Part shown: positions 58,780 to 64,000 of the stretch, one piece after another
Position numbering within the stretch: position 1 is the first letter of the stretch
Layout: the number at the start of each line of letters is the position of its first letter
Assembly: GCA_965140585.1 (NCBI GenBank)
Contig: OZ223269.1
Location: forward strand, 784,544-848,543
DNA: 64,000 nucleotides
Direction: 5' to 3'
Origin: Spirochaetia bacterium
Lineage (GTDB): Bacteria; Spirochaetota; Spirochaetia; UBA9216
The notes under the pieces: model-generated
Seen by the model: only the letters and a program-made list of their open reading frames with translations
Databases searched by the model: none
What the model was told of the DNA's origin: nothing
Translations under genes and position numbers: made by a program

Positions 58780-60617
58780 TAGTTAAAATGAACAAAGTCT
58801 CCCTTGTACTGCTTGATAAATACAGAGATGAATCATTAAAGCAGCTGAGAAGGCTTGGAGTTCTCCATCTTGATGCATTGAAAGGCAATGGTGAAAAATT
58901 CGAGCATCTTTCTTCTCTGAGGGATAAACTTTCAAGTGCTCTTGTTTATGTACCTGCTGTCAGCGGAATAGAACAGCAGGCATTTAAGGGAATTATTGAT
59001 TCTCTTGAGAAAGCAGATGCAATTCTTGAGAAAGTAGCCGAAAAGCAGGCTGCTTCCGAGCGGATTCTGGCTATTGTACGGGAAGTTGAAAAGATTGGTC
59101 CGCTTGGAGATTTTGATCCTTCTCTTTTGAAAACACTTGAAGAAAAAAATCTGAGAGTCACAGTTTTTAAAGCTAAAAAAACTGATGAGGCGCTCTTCAC
59201 TGGCGAAAACATGTTCAGGGTTGCTGTTACTAAAAATAATCAGTTCTTTGCTGTTGTAGGTAACGTACCTGAAAATTTAAAGCCGGTTGAAACAATTGAT
59301 TTTCCTGAGAAAAGTTTAACTGAACTTAATAAGGAAAAGGCTGCGCTTGGAGCTGTTATAAATAAGCTTAATAAAGAACTGGAAGAAATGTCCTCAATGA
59401 AGATGTCTGTTTCTGAAGGTCTTAAAATTATTAATCAGGATCTTGTATATGAGAATGTAAGATCAGGAATTAATAAGGAAGAGGACCTGTCATATTTAAG
59501 CGGTTTCTGTCCTGCAGAGAACCTTGATAAGCTTAAGGCCAAAGCAGCTGAAGAAGGTTGGGGTCTGCTTATTGAAGAACCAACAGAAGAAGATGAGGTT
59601 CCAACTGAACTGAAGGTAGGAAAGTTCACTTCAATGCTGTCTCCGGTTCTTGATTTTCTTGGAATTCTTCCCGGTTACAGGGAGTACGACATCAGCTTCT
59701 TCTTCCTGTGTTTTTTCTCGATTTTTACTGCTATGCTTATCGGTGATGCCGGTTACGGCCTGATTTTTCTTGCGGTAACTGCGATTGTAATGATTGCATT
59801 CGGTTCGAAGAAAAAGCCTATACCAAAGGCGGTATTCCTTCTTCTTCTGCTCAGTGTAACGACAATTGCCTGGGGTATCGTCACGGGTACCTGGTTTGCT
59901 AGCCAGAGCATAATGGAAATCGGTCCGATTGCTGCGCTGAAACTTGATGTTTTTAAGGGCAGTGACGAAGAACAGATTGCTGTTGTAATGGGTATTAGCT
60001 TTTTTCTTGGTATTGTTCAGCTTCTTATCGGAGTGGTTCAGAACTTTAAAAAGAACTTCCCGAAAAAGAACAGTTTCGCACAGATCGGATGGTTCGCGGT
60101 ACTGATAGCAGTTTACTACCTTGTACTTGTGCTTGTAGTAAGGCGTGCAGGGCTTGATACCTACCCGAAACAGATGATATATCTGCTTCTCGGAGGAGTA
60201 GCTGTAATCTTCTTATTCGGAGGACAGGAAGAAGGTCAGAGTTTTATCAAGGGAATTATTAATTCTCTGACAAACTTTCTGCAGCTTTTCCTTGATGTTG
60301 TGGGAACCTTTTCGGATATCATGTCCTATGTAAGGCTGTTTGCCGTTGGACTTGCATCCGTTAAAATCGCGGAAACATTTAATCAGCTCGGGGCTGGAAT
60401 GTCTGGCAGCTGGATGATAGTGTTTGGTATTTTAATTATTATAATCGGTCATACGCTTAACATAGTACTTGGTCTTATGGCTATCCTTGTACATGCAGTG
60501 CGTTTGAATATCCTGGAATATTCCGGAAAAGTCGGCGTCGAATGGTCCGGATTTAAATACGACCCCTTTAAGGTTAGTGTCGACGAAAGTCAAAGCTATA
60601 AAGGAGAATTTATATGA
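58776..60617 (+). CDS. atpI: V/A-type ATP synthase subunit I (a subunit)
   Basis: 613 aa; hydrophilic N-terminal half and polytopic C-terminal half. Confidence 0.8.
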   Translation: MIVKMNKVSLVLLDKYRDESLKQLRRLGVLHLDALKGNGEKFEHLSSLRDKLSSALVYVPAVSGIEQQAFKGIIDSLEKADAILEKVAEKQAASERILAIVREVEKIGPLGDFDPSLLKTLEEKNLRVTVFKAKKTDEALFTGENMFRVAVTKNNQFFAVVGNVPENLKPVETIDFPEKSLTELNKEKAALGAVINKLNKELEEMSSMKMSVSEGLKIINQDLVYENVRSGINKEEDLSYLSGFCPAENLDKLKAKAAEEGWGLLIEEPTEEDEVPTELKVGKFTSMLSPVLDFLGILPGYREYDISFFFLCFFSIFTAMLIGDAGYGLIFLAVTAIVMIAFGSKKKPIPKAVFLLLLLSVTTIAWGIVTGTWFASQSIMEIGPIAALKLDVFKGSDEEQIAVVMGISFFLGIVQLLIGVVQNFKKNFPKKNSFAQIGWFAVLIAVYYLVLVLVVRRAGLDTYPKQMIYLLLGGVAVIFLFGGQEEGQSFIKGIINSLTNFLQLFLDVVGTFSDIMSYVRLFAVGLASVKIAETFNQLGAGMSGSWMIVFGILIIIIGHTLNIVLGLMAILVHAVRLNILEYSGKVGVEWSGFKYDPFKVSVDESQSYKGEFI

Positions 60618-61033
60618 GTTTTGGAATTATTGGTCAGGCTGCAGCACTAGGTCTTGCAGCAGTAGGTTCAGCACTTGGATGTGGTACAGCCGCACAGGGC
60701 GCGGTTGGAGCATGGAAGAAAGCACTTGCAGCAAATAAAGCACCAAGTATGCTTCTTGCAGCGTTCGTAGGTTTCCCTCTTTCTCAGACACTCTACGGAT
60801 TTCTGGTAATGCTCGTAGTTGTTCCTGCAAAAACAGGCGACATGAAGCAACTTGCAACCGGACTTTTCGGCGGACTCGCTATCGGAATGTCTGCATGGCT
60901 TCAGGGTAAAGCAGCGGCAGTAGCTTGTGATGCTCAGTCAGAAACAGGTAAGGGTACAGCTCAGTATGTACTTGCACTTGGTATTGTTGAGTCTGTAGCT
61001 ATTCTCGTACTCGCATTCCTGTTCCTTATCTAA
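60614..61033 (+). CDS. atpK: V/A-type ATP synthase subunit K (proteolipid c subunit)
   Basis: 139 aa; two hairpins of Gly/Ala-rich TM helices. Confidence 0.8.
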   Translation: MSFGIIGQAAALGLAAVGSALGCGTAAQGAVGAWKKALAANKAPSMLLAAFVGFPLSQTLYGFLVMLVVVPAKTGDMKQLATGLFGGLAIGMSAWLQGKAAAVACDAQSETGKGTAQYVLALGIVESVAILVLAFLFLI

Positions 61034-61042
61034 TGGAAGAAT

Positions 61043-61066
61043 GGGGCTGCTAAAACAGCCCCTTTT
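61043..61066 (+). terminator. Rho-independent terminator after atpK
   Basis: GGGGCTG-CTAAAA-CAGCCCC then TTTT. Confidence 0.7.
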
Positions 61067-61075
61067 ATCCCCTTA

Positions 61076-62131
61076 ATGAAAAATAAAACACGCACAATAA
61101 ACGTCGGCAGGATTGCTATAGGCGGTGAGAACAGGATTAGTGTGCAGACAATGTGGAAACGAAGTCTGCATAATTTATCAGAAACGGACCTTAATGAAAT
61201 TAAGAGTCTGCAGGATTTCGGATGTGACATAATCAGATTTTCCGTTCCTGATATGAAAAGCGCCGGTATTCTTAAAAAACTTAAACCTCAAATATCTATA
61301 CCTGTAGTAGCTGATATACACTTTGATTATAAAATTGCTCTTGAATGTATAAATAATGGAATTGACAAGATACGAATCAATCCGGGTAATATCGGGCCGG
61401 AATGGAAGGTTCGGGAAGTTTTAACTTCAGCTTCCGACAGCAATATTCCAATACGAGTCGGTATAAATTCCGGTTCATTGCCTGAGACGGTCTCAGGTTT
61501 AGATAATATAGCTGATGCCATGATTCAAGCCGCAGAAAAAGAAATTGAAATACTTGAAAAAATGAATTTCAGAAATGCTGTTTTTTCTCTGAAAGCATCT
61601 GATATTGAAAATACAATCATTGCTAATGAAGAATTTTCCAAAAATTGGAATTATCCTCTGCATATAGGTATTACTGAAGCCGGTCCGGGTACAGCAGGTA
61701 CTGTAAAAAGTTCAATAGCTTTTTACAGACTTCTTGAAAAAGGTATTGGAGACACCATCCGGGTTTCACTGACCGATACACCGCTTAATGAAGTAATTAC
61801 AGGCCGCGAGATACTAAAAGCCTGTGGGAAGAGTAATTACGGCGTGGATATCATATCCTGTCCAAGGTGCGGTCGATCTACGTTCAACACTACTGAATTC
61901 ATAAACAGTGTGTATTCTGACCTTTACCTGATTAAAAAGCCTCTGAAAATTGCTGTAATGGGCTGTATAGTAAACGGCCCGGGTGAAGCTCTTCATGCGG
62001 ACTTAGGCATCACAGGAAGTGGAAAAAAGGCAGTTATTTTTAAACATGGTAAAATTATTAGAAAAGTTGACGAAAATAACAGTATTGAGGTGTTCCTTGA
62101 GGAACTGAAAGCACTTGATTCTGAGGTTTAG
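61076..62131 (+). CDS. ispG: 4-hydroxy-3-methylbut-2-en-1-yl diphosphate synthase
   Basis: 351 aa; CPRCGR ... GCIVNGPGE Fe-S motif. Confidence 0.85.
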   Translation: MKNKTRTINVGRIAIGGENRISVQTMWKRSLHNLSETDLNEIKSLQDFGCDIIRFSVPDMKSAGILKKLKPQISIPVVADIHFDYKIALECINNGIDKIRINPGNIGPEWKVREVLTSASDSNIPIRVGINSGSLPETVSGLDNIADAMIQAAEKEIEILEKMNFRNAVFSLKASDIENTIIANEEFSKNWNYPLHIGITEAGPGTAGTVKSSIAFYRLLEKGIGDTIRVSLTDTPLNEVITGREILKACGKSNYGVDIISCPRCGRSTFNTTEFINSVYSDLYLIKKPLKIAVMGCIVNGPGEALHADLGITGSGKKAVIFKHGKIIRKVDENNSIEVFLEELKALDSEV

Positions 62132-62134
62132 TTT

Positions 62135-63073
62135 TTGAAAAAGATTTTTTCAGTCTTTTTTCTAATTTTATTGGCAACATCAATATTTGCTCAGCGTATC
62201 CCCGATCAGGAAAGAGTTGCTTTCATCGAAGAAACATACATGAATAATTTACCTGTATGGCTGATGATGGAAAGAGGCCGTGAAGCATTTGAGCTGGGTG
62301 AATTAGGTTTAGCATCAAGAATATTCCGTGAAATAATAGACAGAGACTCACTCTCACCTGATGCAGAAATGTGGCTTGGCTATATATATGAGCAGGAAGG
62401 TGAACCTCTACTTGCTGAAAAACAGTATCTGAAAGCACTTGAGAATAAAAATCAGCTTTATATCCTTGAGGACAGATTCACCCTGATGTACAGACTCACA
62501 GAAATCTATCGTGTTACAGGTCAGTATGGACAGTATGAAAAAATACTGATAGACATAATTGAGAATGACGAAGGCTTCAACACAAACTTCAGGCTTTTTT
62601 ATGCCATGACAGATGTACTCACTAATAGAGGTGTTGATAAGCTTTTCGAACTTTACCGGTATACGGATGGTAAATTCAACAGTGCACGTATCGGTCTGGG
62701 TATTTTTTATTATCAGACAGGACGATATTCAGAAGCTGAATTGAATTTAACAGTTCCTTTTGTATCAATTTTATCAACAGGTTTTGATTATTTATATGAG
62801 AAAAGAGGTGATTATGAATACTCTACAGTAAGAGATCATATATCATCCATGCAGGCTGATGTAATACTTACCGAATACATGCAGGAAAACAGTTTTTTCC
62901 GTTCAGCCTACTATCTGGCAGCAGCTATGTACGCAGAGGGTAATCTTGATGTTTCCAATGAGCTATGGCAGATAATAAAAGACTTTGACAGCCCCGACAG
63001 CATTTGGTCTATCAGGTCAGCCCGACAGCTGAATTCTCCTTTCATAGAGCCTCTGATTTCACCCCGTACTTGA
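62135..63073 (+). CDS. Secreted TPR-like repeat protein (TTG start)
   Basis: 312 aa; signal peptide MKKIFSVFFLILLATSIFAQ and repeated helical W/Y-rich motifs. Confidence 0.4.
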   Translation: MKKIFSVFFLILLATSIFAQRIPDQERVAFIEETYMNNLPVWLMMERGREAFELGELGLASRIFREIIDRDSLSPDAEMWLGYIYEQEGEPLLAEKQYLKALENKNQLYILEDRFTLMYRLTEIYRVTGQYGQYEKILIDIIENDEGFNTNFRLFYAMTDVLTNRGVDKLFELYRYTDGKFNSARIGLGIFYYQTGRYSEAELNLTVPFVSILSTGFDYLYEKRGDYEYSTVRDHISSMQADVILTEYMQENSFFRSAYYLAAAMYAEGNLDVSNELWQIIKDFDSPDSIWSIRSARQLNSPFIEPLISPRT

Positions 63074-63107
63074 ACAGCACAGAAATTAATCGTAACTTTC
63101 TCTTAGT

Positions 63108-64000
63108 ATGGACAAAATAATAATTAAAGGCGCAAGGGAACATAACCTTAAGAATATCAGCCTTGAACTCCCAAGAGACAGTTTTATTGTAATTTCAGGA
63201 TTAAGCGGCAGCGGTAAATCATCGCTTGCATTTGATACAATCTTTGCAGAAGGACAGCGGCGGTATGTAGAAAGCCTTTCTTCTTATGCCAGACAGTTCC
63301 TGGGACGTCTTGATAAACCTGACCTTGACTATATTGAGGGTCTTTCACCTGCTATTTCGATAGAGCAGAAAACCACTCACAGGAATCCCCGTTCGACTGT
63401 AGGTACTGTTACCGAAATTTATGATTACCTGAGACTCCTCTTTGCCAGAATAGGCAAGCCTCACTGCCCGGATTGCGGTCGAGAGATAAAGGAGCAGTCA
63501 GTTGATCAGATAATAGATACTGTAATGTCCTATCCTGAAAACAGCCGGATAATGCTTCTTGCACCGGTCATAAAAGGTAAGAAAGGCGAACATCAGAAGA
63601 TTCTTGAGGATGCTTCAAAAGCAGGATTTGCAAGAGCCCGAATTGATGGTGTCCCTGTAAATCTTGATGAACCGATCAGTCTTGAAAAAAATAAAAAACA
63701 TACAATTGAAATTATTGTTGATCGTCTGATAATAAATAATGATATCAGAAAACGTGTTGCCGAATCGGTTGAAACCTGTCTTGAAGTTGCCGACGGGCAG
63801 ATACTGGTAATAAAAAAAGAAGAGAAAGAAGAACATTCAGAGTTTTTCTCTATAAAAAATTCCTGTGCTCACTGCGGAATAAGCATACCTGAGCTGGAAC
63901 CAAGGTTATTTTCATTCAATAATCCTGAGGGTGCGTGTCCGGTCTGTTCCGGATTAGGAATGACACTTGAATTTGATAAAAACCTTGTCATTCCGGATAT
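63108..64000 (+). CDS. uvrA: Excinuclease ABC subunit A, N-terminal part; continues past the window end
   Basis: [66 protein letters not shown]. Confidence 0.9.
   Translation, partial: MDKIIIKGAREHNLKNISLELPRDSFIVISGLSGSGKSSLAFDTIFAEGQRRYVESLSSYARQFLGRLDKPDLDYIEGLSPAISIEQKTTHRNPRSTVGTVTEIYDYLRLLFARIGKPHCPDCGREIKEQSVDQIIDTVMSYPENSRIMLLAPVIKGKKGEHQKILEDASKAGFARARIDGVPVNLDEPISLEKNKKHTIEIIVDRLIINNDIRKRVAESVETCLEVADGQILVIKKEEKEEHSEFFSIKNSCAHCGISIPELEPRLFSFNNPEGACPVCSGLGMTLEFDKNLVIPD

Overview
Low-GC (~38-40%) bacterial chromosomal segment. The gene content looks spirochete-like (Treponema/Spirochaeta): a V/A-type ATPase operon with atpE, a DUF2764-like gene, then atpA-B-D-I-K; two tandem EF-G paralogs; many c-di-GMP genes. 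This is inference only, since no database search is possible here.

The dominant feature is a complete anaerobe-type molybdenum nitrogenase island at 10.7-25.6 kb:
- modABC on the minus strand, divergent from nifV and a nifA-like sigma54 activator.
- A ~360 bp AT-rich gap, then nifH-nifI1-nifI2-nifD-nifK-nifE-nifN-nifB plus a thioredoxin-like [2Fe-2S] ferredoxin.
- Three matching -24/-12 (TGGCAY-N5-NTGCW) sigma54-type motifs, in front of nifH, nifV and modA.

The rest of the window:
- Left end (0-10 kb): rubrerythrin, a PerR-like Fur regulator, tRNA-Asn, a hemerythrin-like gene with a sensor diguanylate cyclase, flavodoxin, a frameshifted GGDEF-EAL gene, an ArsR-type regulator with an ABC-2 exporter whose ATPase is also frameshifted, and a membrane GGDEF protein.
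- 26.8-30.7 kb: an unusual, tightly overlapping five-gene minus-strand operon (secreted protein; pseudo-receiver-PilZ; AmmeMemoRadiSam-type radical SAM enzyme; minimal nucleotidyltransferase; metallophosphoesterase). This is my best candidate for an undescribed module.
- Right half: housekeeping genes (mfd, trmB, citrate synthase, pdhAB plus E2, fusA2 and fusA with an embedded promoter, tRNA-Val, yggS, rluD-like, murI, rsgA, mutS2, the V-ATPase operon, ispG, uvrA).

No CRISPR array, IS element, integrase or phage genes were seen. Two in-gene frameshifts at short A-runs may be sequencing errors.
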